This document shows positions 8,701 through 20,800 of a stretch of 26,800 bases of DNA, in pieces (the first letter of the stretch is position 1; every line of letters starts with the position of its first letter). The DNA is taken from positions 1-26,800 of the forward strand of contig CDRNVI010000146.1 of the NCBI GenBank assembly GCA_977017575.1, written 5' to 3'. Source of the DNA: Paramoeba atlantica. Taxonomy: Eukaryota > Protista > Discosea. The notes beneath the pieces were generated by a model, which saw nothing but the letters and a program-made list of their open reading frames with translations, had not been told where the DNA came from and did no database searches. Made by a program: the position numbers and the translations under genes.

Positions 8701-11681
8701 CAGCGAACGATCCCTTGGATATTTCCTTGCGATCACAGTATGTTTGGACTGCTTCAGTTACATGCAAAGCAGGCATTCTTGGCCTTCCTGCGGATGATGT
8801 GGAAGGTGTCAATGCTCTCTGTCCTCCTGGATATTGTCTTGGAACGTCTTGCAGACAGAGCACAGCACAATGTTATCGATCTTGTGAACCACTTTATATC
8901 TATCACCCATCGTCTGAGGCTGAGTGTGATTTGTCCTCGACTGTTTGCCCAGTGACAGAACTTCCTGCTGGTACTTGTGACGGGAACTATTGTGTGTATT
9001 GCCCTGGAGAAAACGAAGAAGATTGTCAATATGTGCCTGGTAATCAAGATTTTTGTGAGAATACAGTGGCTTGTGAATTGGAAGATGGTTCAGTTGTCTT
9101 TGGATTGACTGAGAGTGAGTGCGATGCACAAACTGGGTATTGTTCTGTTGACTGTCCAGGGGAAAGCTGCCGCTCTTTGGACGGATTGGATGGTACCTGC
9201 TTAGCGACTGTCAGTTCTGAGAGTCTTTGTGATGACATTAATAGTATTATTGGGGTTGATGCTATTTGGTATGAAGATACTATTTGTGTTATTTCTGCTC
9301 AAAGTGAATCCACTTGTGCTCAGGTTTCAATTTTTCTTTTCAAAAGTTTGTCTCAAAAACAAACAAAAAAGAAACTAGTTTCTTTCTCTTACCTTTTTTT
9401 TTAAAAAAATTCATTAATTCATCCTCTGCAGTTATCCTCGACAATTTCTGCCCCTACAACTTGGGAAACATGCGAGTCCCTCTCAACAACAGAATGTGAT
9501 GGAAGCGATCCATACCAAAGATATTTGAAATGTTACGTTGATTTATGGCACACATGCACTTCTCGAGAAGAGTGTGAAGGTTCTGGGCAATGTACTGATC
9601 AGTCTTGGACAACAATTGTTCGATCTGCTGAACACCCTATTGATGTTCAATTTGGGGCGTGTTTTATATCTGGATTCATTGTGCAAGCGGGTTTGGGAGG
9701 TATTTTTTGTTTTATTTCAACGGATCGCCCTGGAATTGGATGTCGACAGCATGCTGTTCTGGCTCCTGATGCTTGTTCTGGAGCTTCTTTCTATCAGTAT
9801 GCGTGGCTCACTCCAGCGATGAGTGAAGCGGAATGTGTGAACAAAAATCAGGGTCGTTATGGATGTCAGATGCCAGAAACCGAGAGTAGTTTAGTTTGGT
9901 ACGATGATGATGAGTGTGAGTGTCAGGGTGGAATTCCTATGTATAGGTGGGACTGGACGGATGGTGTTTGGAGTAATGGAGTCTCGCGAACACTTCAATG
10001 GAGGGAAATAATTCAACCAGTTCAAAAGTATGAATGGTCTCCTTCCTTGTCTTTTGAACTTTTACAGACATGGTTGGAAAAAAATGAAGAGCAGAGATTT
10101 TCTTTTGCTGTGAAATCAGAGGTGATTTGTGAAAATGGGTATGTTTCGTCTTCTTTGAATACTTTGGTCTGTGATTGTTTTGGTTCCAATGAGACGACGC
10201 AAGGACATAATTCCCAATGCTATGATCAAACGGGCGATCAAGTGGAAGAGTTAGTTGGTCTCTCTGGTGCCTGTTTCCAAGAACAATCTTTTCTAAAAGG
10301 TCCATCTTCACGACTTTCTTTTGGGATGGATAGTATTAGTAGTGGATGTTCGTTGGCGAATCTATCGATTGTCTCAGAAGCTTGGTTTGCTGTTCCTCCA
10401 CCTCGCCCAAGTGTTTCGTTTCAATTTGAAAAGAAACCACAACGGGGAATTGTATTGAATAAGAAGGGTGCAACGGTTGGTGTTCTTCGTGGGGATGGGA
10501 GTGTGTTTAGCTTTTCCACTTTGGAAAATGTGGTTTCTTTTTCTGTCTGCCTTCTGATTAGTGATAATCAGACAGATACCACAAGCTACCCAATCCAGGA
10601 CTTTGGTTATTCAAACAAGCCCATTGGAACTATTTTTCCCCTTGGATTGACAGATATCAATTCAACAATCGTCATTGGTTCTCTGTTTTGGTGCGGGACT
10701 ATTGTTGTTGATGATGTTCCCTTAGATGGAAACAATATTCGATTGTTTCCAATCCAACGAACCGAAAACTATGAAACTGAGGAAGAAGATTATACTTCTC
10801 GGAAAACACGTGCTTTGATGTATACATTGGGAGTGTGTTATTGCATCTGCTTTGTCTTACTCTCTTTCTATTTGATTAACTGCATTCGAAATCCTACCAA
10901 AGGGCAAATGTTGATGATCATCTCGGCTTTGTTTGTCATCCTCTGTGTCTTCCGTGCTGTTTTCATGTTTGGATATCCCAATGGAATTTTTGAAGGAAAC
11001 GAACTTGCAGAGTTTGTTGTTTTTGAGATTCCAACTTTCCTCCTTTTCAGTGTGGTGATTGCGTCGATCTTTTTCTGGAAAAGGCTTGCGAGTAGAAGCA
11101 AATTTTTTGGAGGAGATTCTGCCAAATTACGAGGAGCGATTGTTTTAGGGTTGTTGTTGGTATGGTCTCTCTGGGTTGTTGTTACAATTATTTACTCTGA
11201 GGTGATTCTTGAAGAAAATACGGAATCACCTTGTCCTGGACGAGTTGCCCCTTCTTATGAACAACAAGAAAAGGATACTCGAACGTTGACCATCATTTAT
11301 CAGTCGTTAATCATTTCTGTGACGTTTGTTCTTGCTGCTATTTTCTGCTTTTATTCATATTCTTTGATCTCTCTTTCGAAGAGAGTCAGTCGATCGAAGC
11401 GGTTTGTGATGGTGATTGGAGGAACTATTGTTCTTTCTTTCTTTGTTCGATGTGTTCTCTTTATTATTATTTTGGCGGTGGAGTTTGTTTCCTCGGTTTA
11501 TATGTTTCTCACTTTGATGATTACGGAAGTTCTTCTCCTCTTCTTCTTGCAGCTTCAATTTAACTCCAGTAATTTCCGATCTCTCTTAGGAGGGTCATCA
11601 ACTGGATCTACACTGAATGATACAGTTGGACGTACAACTGGACATGTGACCAGTAAAGGCGGATCTCTGATGGATGATTGA
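5789..11681 (+). CDS. Large Cys-rich cell-surface protein with C-terminal 7TM domain (TOM1/THH1/GPR137-like), ~1741 aa, 7 exons
   Basis: Exons 5789-6040, 6134-6770, 6917-7758, 7880-8149, 8252-8336, 8434-9323, 9432-11681; all GT..AG with consistent phases (5226 nt). Signal peptide MKNIGLLLFFSSFVVGCFA. Seven hydrophobic segments lie at ~10812-11556. TM3 'VFEIPTFLLFSVVIASIFFW' and TM6 'LSFFVRC' resemble the plant TOM1 / DUF1084 patterns 'DLPxLLFFSxYxLLxLFW' and 'CFLIRC' (family assignment from motif recall, not a search). Confidence 0.85.
7839..7878 (+). repeat. Imperfect (CA)n microsatellite at the 3' end of 7TM-gene intron 3
   Basis: cacacacaacacacacacaacacacacacacacacacaca runs into the cag acceptor at 7877-7879. 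Confidence 0.85.
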
Positions 11682-12319
11682 TTTGAGAGGTGGTGTGTGT
11701 GGAGGCAATTGAGAGAGAGAGAGACAGAGAGAATTCTTGTGGAAGAGAGAGAATTTTATTTGGTTTTTGGGCAATTTATTTGGCTCTGAAACTAATTTTT
11801 TTGATTAAATTTAATTTTCATTTTTTATTTTTATTTTTTTGTTTTTGTGCCAAGGGTCTCAGAGAGAGAGTTTGGAGAAAAAGAGAGAGAAGAAAGAAAG
11901 ATGAAAGGGAGTCCAAAGCATCCACTGAAAGAAGAGAGACATTGTAGAGAAAGAGAGATTGGCAAGAGAAGATCAAGAGAAGAGAGAGGTTGAGGGAGGG
12001 AGTTTAAAACAAACCTTTTTGCAAGCCAATTATTTTCTTACTCTTTTTCCAAGACAGAAAATGGAAGAGCTGGCGAGACAGAAGAAAAGAGAGAGAAAAA
12101 AGAAGAAGGGAGAAATAGAGCAAGAAGAAAAAGGGGGAGAGGGAAAAGAAAGGGAAAGGAAAAGGAAAAAGAAATAGAGATTTAGAATATTCCAGGAATT
12201 TCAAAGAAAGAGAAAGAGAGAAGAGAAAACCACAAGAAAAAAAAACCACAAGGACAAAAAAGAAACGGTCAGGATAATGAGGATCTGGGCTCTTCCAGTT
12301 GGAACCCCTGCTGAATCCT

Positions 12320-12365
12320 GATCTCCCAAATTTGATCCCCAAATTTTGATCCCCAAATTTTGATC
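12320..12365 (+). repeat. 14-bp minisatellite, ~3.3 copies
   Basis: gatctcccaaattt / gatccccaaatttt / gatccccaaatttt / gatc, intergenic. Confidence 0.8.
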
Positions 12366-13312
12366 TGGAAACACTTCTCTCTTCAACTCCTCCCAGAGAA
12401 ACCAACGAGAGGTGACGACAATGGGGGAACAAGAGTTCAAGAGATGGAAAAAAGATCGACCAAAGCCAAAGCCCAAAACACAAAACCCAAAACACACAAA
12501 AAATGGGGTTCTTTTTTAGATGTTTTTTATGATAGTTCCGAAAAGGTGAATAATTTTTTTTTCAGGCTCTTTAAAATTTTTGCGGACCCACATTTTTATC
12601 GCATTTTTTTCGGCCCGAATTTTTATCGACAGAAGCACATTGGTACCAAAAAAATCAAATCTTGTTGTTTTTGCTGTCTTCTCTTTTTTCCCCAGTTCAA
12701 TCTCAGGAACCACCCATTTTCACTTCTCTTGCCCACTTCCTCAGCTGTTCAGTTTCAGGAGAGGAGTTTTCAGACACATCATCTTTTCCGCATAAAAGAC
12801 AAATTCATTCAAATCAAAATTCATTCAAATGAAAAAAACCTATGATATCGACGTGAACAAAAAAATAAATGTGAACGAAACCATTTTCAAGAAAGATCAC
12901 CAATTTCTTTTTTCTGTTTCTTTTTTTTCTAATCTTTCCAATTCACCAATTTTAAAGAGAAAAAAACTTAAACAACCCCAAAAAAATCTTCAAAAAACGC
13001 AAAAAAAGTCGTTACATTTGAGTTCTCAAAAGGGAAAAGATCTTCACAATCGAGACAACCGAAAATTTTTCGGTTGTCTCGATTGTGAAGTTTGGATTAG
13101 GGCGCCATTTTACCGCGAATTAGCCACGAAAAATCTGGCCGAAAAAAATAGTTTCGCTGAAAATGAGGGACGGACGAATTTTGTGACTCCTAAGGACCCC
13201 CGTACTTTCAGCTCAAATATTTGTCGGAAAGTCCATACCGACGTCACAGTAATTCACAAAAAACAAAGCCCAATTTATTAGAAAACAAAAAACGAAAACA
13301 GAAAATCAAACG

Positions 13313-16104
13313 ATGAAACCGTTAGACGACGAGAGTGGAACGGACTTCAATGAAGAAGCTGGGACTCATTGGACTCTGAGATTGTCGAAGAAGTATGTCC
13401 TTACCGGCGCCATCTTCTTTGTTCTTTGTTCTTGTGTGGTTCTTGTTGTTGTTGCTGGCGTTGGCCGTCAACATGACGCTCAACCACAAAATGACGCAAA
13501 GTAAGATATTCTTTTCTCTTTCTCCCTTGTAATTCAGTTCTGACAAATTGATTACAGAGATTTATCGACAACCTGGAATGACCATGATGAGGATGGCGAG
13601 GAGGAGGATGATGACCGCGAGGATGATGACCGTTATGGTGGTGGCCATGGTGGTTGGCGCGATCGTGAAGGAAAGTACCGAAATGGAGCGGTTGCTTCTG
13701 AGTCTCCCCTTTGTTCTACTATGGGAGCTGAGATCATGGAAAACGTATTTTTTTCTTTCTTTCTGTTCACCCCAAAAGAGGAAACTGATTTTTTTTTCGA
13801 AAGGGAGGAAATTCAATCGATGGAGCGGTAATGACTGATCTCTGTCTTGGAATCGTCCATTGTTTTGCCACTGGTGCAGGAGGTGGTGGTGTTATGTTAA
13901 TTCTCCATGAAGAGTAAGAATTTTTTTCTTTCGGATTTTTTTTTTTCAGAAAACTAATTTTTTTTTTCGAAAAAGTGGGAAAGCTGAGGTATTGGATTAT
14001 CGAGAAACTGCACCTGGACTTTCAACTGCTGATATGTACGTTGTCAATGAATGGTCTTCTACTGTGGGTCCTCTTGCTGCTGGTGTTCCTGGTTCTCTTC
14101 GCGGACTGAAAGCAGGTTTTTTATTTGCGTTTTTGAATCACAAAACACACACACAAAACATACAAAAACGTCCTCCTTAGCAAAATTCGCAAAATTTTTT
14201 GTCTTTTTTCTCACTTTTTTTGTTGTCCTTTTTTGTGTGCAGTTCACGATCGTTATGGAACCACTTCTTGGGAAAGTTTGCTTCTCGCTGCTTCTGACTT
14301 GGCCGCTTCTTTTCCTGTTGATTCCTTGCTTGCTTCCCGCCTCCAATCTTCGGTTTGAATTTCTTTTGTTTTAAGATCGAGGTTGAAAACAGAAAAACTC
14401 ATTCGAACAACTCTCACAGGAAGAAGCCGTCTTGAGTGATCCTGGTTTTGCTGGAGTGTTTGCCCCAAATGGTGTTCTTTTACAAGAGGGAGAAACTTGT
14501 CATTGGACTTCTCTTTCTGAGACTTATGCGACTATTGCTCAGGATGGACTTGAAGCACTTTATGGGTTTCTTTTTCTCTCTCTTCTCTCTCCCCTCTCCT
14601 CTCTAATACTTTTTTCTAATTTTTTTTTTTGCAGAGGAGAGGTCGGTGAAAAGCTGATTGAAGATATGATTGCCAAGGATCCTGAATCTATTATGACTCT
14701 TGCTGACCTTGAGGTTTTATCTCTTTCTTCTTTCTCTTGCTTCTCTTTCTCTCTTTAATCGAAGATGAAAAATAGGGTTATGAGCCCGTTTGGAGAGATC
14801 CAATCGAGAGCACATACAAAGGCGACAAGGTTTATGGCGCTCCTCCTCCATTTACTGGTGGTGTCATCAATGCCCAGGCGTTGAATATCTTAGAAACTAT
14901 TTCTCTTCGCAGAACTGTAAGATCTGAACATTATTGGATTCAAAGTCTTTTGTTTGGATACAGTGATAGAACTGGTTTTTTTCTCTCTTTTTCTCTCTTT
15001 TTTTTTGTTCTTTTTTTTGTTCTTACTTTTCTTTTTTTAGGATTGGGAGATCCAGCCAGTGCTTATAATATTGAGAATAATATGTCCACTTACATTGTAC
15101 CAACAATGACAAAGAAGTGTCATGCTGCCGATCTTCGTGATCGTATTTCTCCAACTCAGACTTTCCCAGTCGAGTATTATGAAGATTTGGTGCCCCTTCA
15201 AGCTGTTGTTGAAGATCATGGCACTTCTCACTTCAGTGTTTATCAGAAAAGAGTTTTTATTTTTATTCCTTTTTTTTATTCCTTTTTTTTTATTCCTTCC
15301 TTCTTGTTTTTGAACACAATATTAACTTTTTCTTTCAAGGGGAAATCTGTTGCACTCACTTCAACTGTTAATTTCGCCTTCGGTTCAAAATTTATGAGTC
15401 CTCAGACCGGGATTATTCTTAACAATGAAATGGATGATTTTAGTACCCCTGGTGCTTCCAATGCTTATGGTTACCCACCTTCTGAAAGTAATTTCCCTGC
15501 CCCTGGTTCATTTTTCTTTTCTTTTTCCTTTCTTTTTCCCTCCCCCCTTTCTCACATTCTCCAAAAAATATAGGACTTCGCCCAGCATCTTCCATGTCCC
15601 CCTCAATTATTGCAACCACAAAACGAGACAAAACAATCCCCCGTTTGATCTATGGAGGAGGAGGTGGTAGTATGATCATCTCTGGCACCTTGTCCGTGGC
15701 TCTTCGTCATTTGGAGCTGGGATTTAAACTTCAGGATGCCATCAATACTCCTCGTCTTCATGTTCAGTTGCTTCCAGATTTTGTTTTTTGGGAACCTGGT
15801 TTTTATTTTCCCCTTGCTCTCTCTCTCTCTCTCCTCTCTCTCCCCTTAATTATTGAATTATGATTTTAATTTTAAACAAATAGATTATCCTGAACAAAAT
15901 AGGGACCGCCTCGTTGAGTATGGGTACAACTTTTACCCTTTTCCTTTTGGTGGTGCTGTTGTTCAAGCAATTTCCTTTAATGGTTTTTTTTCTTCTTCTC
16001 TCTTCCCTCTCTTCTCTTTTTCTCTTTTCTCATAAAGATAAACAGGATACACTATTACTGCTGCGTCTGATAAACGAAAGAATGGTAAACCAGCTGGTTA
16101 TTAA
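13313..16104 (+). CDS. GGT: Gamma-glutamyltranspeptidase / glutathione hydrolase (type II membrane anchor), ~639 aa, 13 exons
   Basis: Exons 13313-13500, 13558-13744, 13804-13913, 13976-14115, 14243-14352, 14420-14565, 14635-14713, 14776-14974, 15041-15252, 15340-15505, 15574-15798, 15884-15982, 16046-16104 (1920 nt, in frame, all GT..AG). Motifs: GAVASESPLCS, GGNSIDGAV, GAGGGG, DYRETAP, VPGSLRG, SDRTGLGDP, autocleavage/nucleophile Thr in G|TSHFS (15223-15225), TSTVN, NNEMDDFS, RPASSMSP, PRLHVQ, ASDKRKNG..AGY*. Single N-terminal TM segment YVLTGAIFFVLCSCVVLVVVAGV. Confidence 0.95.
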
Positions 16105-16583
16105 ATAACCCCTATTTTTTTCAAAAAAATAAAGAGTTTTGATGAATAAATAAATACTATTTCAAAAACCCTGTTGTTTCTTTCTTTCCCTTTCTTTCTC
16201 TCTCTCTGTGAAGGTGGTTGAGGTTTGATTTGTACAAGAAGAGGAGAGAGAGAAAAGCAAAAGAAAACTGGAAAGTAATCTCCAAAAGGAGGTACATCCT
16301 TCCAAGACCAAGATGCGACAATTTCAAAGAAGAATTTCCGTCATTAACCAAAAACACAGAGCAGTGGCGAAAAATCATCAAATGGGGAGGAGCTGGAATT
16401 AATATTTCATCAATAAAATCAACACAAGGAAGAATTCCAATGAATAAAAATTCATGCAAGAGCAGGGAATTTGAGAGCAAGCGAACATCCCCAAAGAGGT
16501 TCACCAGCATACATTCAGATTCGAAAAGTACTAATTCAATCCAGAATTACTTCAAAGAATATCAGGACTATCAGAGCAAATGT

Positions 16584-16626
16584 ATGACTGTTGTAAATAA
16601 AAAAAAGAATTATTTACAACAGTCAT
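16584..16626. repeat. Perfect inverted repeat: 17-bp arms, 9-nt loop
   Basis: atgactgttgtaaataa (16584-16600) - aaaaaagaa - ttatttacaacagtcat (16610-16626). Confidence 0.95.
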
Positions 16627-17881
16627 CCAATGGCAACCATAAATTGAATCAAAAGAGGAAGGTTGATCAGGGCTTATCTCAGTTTCAACAATAAAATCTG
16701 TAAGCGTGAGGCGAACATCAACAAAGACTAATTGAAATAACAAGAGGAATCACGAATGATTTGCAAATAGAGTCATCAATCACAAGATCCGTGCAAACAG
16801 TGAAAAATGTCTAAATGACATCACATGAAGCAAATGATATTGAATGATAAATGGTGATGAGAAAGCTGAAATTGTCCAAAATGTTAATTCCAAACAATTT
16901 GCTGTTCCAAAGCAGAACCAAAGAGAAAGAACCAAATCAAAAACGAGAGAGGAGACTGAATCAATTACCAACAAAAATAAAGCATGGAAATTATCAGGGA
17001 AGCGTCTCGAGCGAACCAAAGGACAGAGAATCCAAAATCTGGAATAGAAAGCAGTTGGCTGAAACAGATTATCTTGTCTGACATACAGGGGGAAGTTGTC
17101 TTTTTCCCAGCAGCCTCATCTTCCGGTGGTGTCTCCCCTGATATCTCCTCCCTTCTCAAATCGCTTGCTTTAATCACTCTACAGAATGGGAAGGTCATGG
17201 ACAGCAATCCATTGCAGCTCTTCTTGAAGACAGCCAAAGAGGAAGATATCAGCTGCTTTAATGAAAGCAATGGCTGTCCACATGGCCAAGGTGCGAGAGG
17301 CACTAACCCCAGCAGATTCGAATTTGTGGCATCACTCTTTCTCTTTCACTTCTTGCATCAATCCCAACAACATATTTCAACCCCTCCCTCTTCTTTCCCA
17401 AATATAATTCCCCCTTTTTCTTCTCACCCTGCAGTTCCTTCTTCCAGTGAAGGAGGCCCAAGGAAATGCCTGATCGCAGTATGATTCTCAGACCCCCAAA
17501 AAAAGAAGAAAAAAAGAAAAGGTGACATCACCAACAATTTTTGAACATTTTTGTTCTCTCCTCTTCAGGTCACCCAAACCAAAACTGTGATCAACAAAAA
17601 ACCACAAACCAATCATCAACAGCACCCCCCCCCTCTCTCCCTTCTTCTCTTTCTTCCCCAAACCAAGCTTCTTCTTCTTTTTCTTCTTTCTCTTTCTCTT
17701 TTTTCCTTTTTTTTTCCTTTTCCAGTTGGAAGTCACTTTTTCGATCGAAACCTTCTGTTGTTCATAACAGGGAAATGTTAATTTCTCTGATCTGAATTGT
17801 TCGTCTGAAAGAAAGAAAAGAGAGAATAACAAAATCTTGAACAAGAAAGAAAGGAAAGAAAGAGAGAAAGAGAGAAAGAGA

Positions 17882-20800
17882 ATGGAAGAAGAAAACCGAA
17901 AAAGGAAGAGAGAAGAGGGTTTTTCCCAAGATACAAAACAAGTTCGAAAGGGGAATAAACAGATTGGAGAAGAAGAAGAAAGAGAAGAAGAAAGAGAAGA
18001 CGAAGACGAAAGAGAAGACAAAGACGAAAGAGAAGACAAAGAAGAAGAAAGAGAAGAAGAAGAAGAAAGAGAAGATGAAGAAGAAGAAAGAGAAGACGAA
18101 GAAGAAGAAAGAGAAGATGAAGAAGAAGATTCATTTCTGGTTCATTGAACTTTTTTTCTTTCTTTTTTCTTTCTTTTTCTTTTTCTTCTTTCTTTTTCTT
18201 CTTTCTTTTTTTCTTGTTCAAGAATTTGTTATTTTCTCATTTAAGTTTCATTTTTAATTTTTATTTCAATTGAAAAAAACAGAAAATACTTGAAAATTGT
18301 TTGCAAAAAAGTGTTGAAGAAATTTCTTCCAAAGAATTGGAAATGGTTCATTTTCAAATCGAAAAAGAAATCGAAAAAGAAAGAGAAAAAGAACAATCTT
18401 TTCAGATTTTCAACACTCCTTTGAATCATGTTTTTCTTTTTTTCTTTTTTTCTTTTTTTCTTTTTTTCTTTTTTTCTTTTTTTCTTTTTTTCTTTTTTCT
18501 TTTTCTTTTTCTTTTTCTCTTTATTTCATTGTTTTTTTTTGAAACTTTTTCCTTTCCAAAGGGTGGAGAAACTCCTCTTTATGTTGCTGCTAAAAATGGA
18601 CATAAACAAATTGTTCAACTTTTATTGGAAAAAGCACACCCAAATGTTAATCTTGTAAATAATGTACTTCTTCTTTTTTTATTATTATTTTGAATTTGTT
18701 TTTTGGATTTTGGATTTTCTTTTTCTTTCTTTTTCACTTTCTCATTTTTCTTTTTTCTTTTTTCAATGTAAAGAATGGAACAACTCCTCTTTTTATTGCT
18801 GCTCAAAATGGATATGACCAAATAGTTCAAATTTTATTGGAAAAAGGAAAACCAAATGTTGATCTTGCAAATAAGGTTCTCTTCTCATTGTGATTCTTAT
18901 TTATGAAAAAGAAATTTCTTTTCTTTTTCTTTCTTTTTTTTCATTTTTTTTTTTTCATTTTCTTATTTTTTGCTTTTTTTTTTATCTCAAAGAAAGAAGC
19001 AACTCCTCTTTTTATTGCTGCTCAAAAAGGACATGAACAAATTGTTCAACTTTTATTGGAAAAAGGAAACCCAAATGTTGATTTTGCTGTAATGGTTCTT
19101 CTATTTTTATTATTATTTTTTTGAATTTTGTTGATTTGGTTTTTTTTCTTTTTCACTTTTTCTTAAAAAAACATTTTTTGGGTTATTTTTTTTTTCATTT
19201 TCTTTCTCTGTTTTTTGGTCTGTAGGAATATGGACAAACTCCACTTGATGCTGCTGCTTTTCGAGGACATCATCAAATTGTTGAACTTTTATTGGAAAAA
19301 GGAAAAGCAAATGTCAATTCTCAAAGAAAGGTTTTTTTTATCTTTTTATCTTTCTTTACTTTTCTTTTTTTTTTTCTTTTTGAAAAATAATTTTTGAATG
19401 AAAGAGAGTTTTTTTTTTGTTTTTGTGATGATCAAAAAAAGAAAAAGAAATCAAAAAAGACAAATATTTGAAATATTTTTTGTGTCCAACTTAAAAAAAA
19501 ATACTTTTTTCATTTTTTTTCCCTTTTTTTTCCTTTTTTTTTCCTTTTTTTTTCCTTTTTTTTCCTTTTTTTCTTTTTTCTTTTTCTTTTTTTCACTTTT
19601 CTCTTTTTTTTCATCAAAAGAATGGGGCAACTCCTCTTAAAATTGCTGCTCAAAAAGGACATGAAAAAATTGTTCAAATTTTATTGGAAAAAGGAAACCC
19701 AAATGTTGATCTTACAGATGAAGTTCTTTTTTTCTCTTTATTATTATTTTCATTTTATTGATTTTAGTTTCTTTTTCTTTTTACTTTCTCATTTTTCGAT
19801 TTTTTAATGTAAAGAATGGAGTAACTCCTCTTTATATTGCTGCTGAAAAGGGGCATGAACAAATTGTTCAAATTTTATTGGAAAAAGGAAAACCAAATGT
19901 TGATCTTGCAGATCAGGTTATTTTATGTATTGCTTCTTTTTTTTTCATTTTCTTTCATTTTCTCATTTTTCTATTTTTTAATGTAAGGAGGGAATAACTC
20001 CTCTTTTTATTGCTGCTCAAGAAGGACATGAACAAATTGTTGAAATTTTATTGGAAAAAGGAGAAGCAAATGTTGATCTTGCAACTGAGGTTATTTTGTT
20101 GATTGCTTTCTTTTTCTCTTTCTTTTTCTTTTTCTCATTTTCTCATTTTTTTCTTTTTTTTTTTTTAAAAGAATGGAGCAACTCCTCTTTTTATTGCTGC
20201 TCAAGAAGGACATAAACAAATTGTTGAAATTTTATTGGAAAAAGGAGAAGCAAATGTTGATCTTGCAACTGAGGTTATTTTGTTGATTGTTTCTTTTTCT
20301 TTTTTCTTTTTCTGTTTTTTTTTCACTTTTTCATTTTTCTATTTTTGAATGTAAAAAGGATGGAGTAACTCCTCTTTATATTGCTGCTCAAGGAGGACAT
20401 GAACAAGTTGTTGAAATTTTATTGGAAAAAAGAGAACCAAATGTTAATCTTGCAGATCAGGTTATTTTGTTAATTGTTTCTTTTTCTTTTTTTTTTTTTC
20501 ACTTTTTCATTTTTCTATTTTTTGATGTAAAGAATGGAGTAACTCCTCTTTATATTGCTGCTCAAGGAGGACATGAACAAGTTGTTGAAATTTTATTGGA
20601 AAAAGGAAAACCAAATGTTGATCTTGCAAATCAGGTTATTTTATTGATTATTTCTTATTTTTCTTTTTTTTTTTTCACTTTCTTATTTTTTTATTTTTTT
20701 TAATGTAAAGAATGGAGTAACTCCTCTTTATATTGCTGCTCAAAATGGATATGAACAAGTTGTTGAATTATTATTGGAAAAAGGAGAACCAAATGTTGAT

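Noticed and set aside
11690-13281. Intergenic ORFs between the 7TM gene and GGT, including a possible divergent gene near 12200-12500
   Set aside because: Low complexity, K/F-rich, no splice-consistent model or motif.
14566-20532. Poly-Phe 'transmembrane' stretches within long ORFs (e.g. 14566-14634, 14975-15040, 15253-15339, 18430-18561, 20461-20532)
   Set aside because: These are U-rich, stop-free 3n introns bounded by GT..AG; removing them restores conserved motifs. Intron retention is possible but nothing here supports it.
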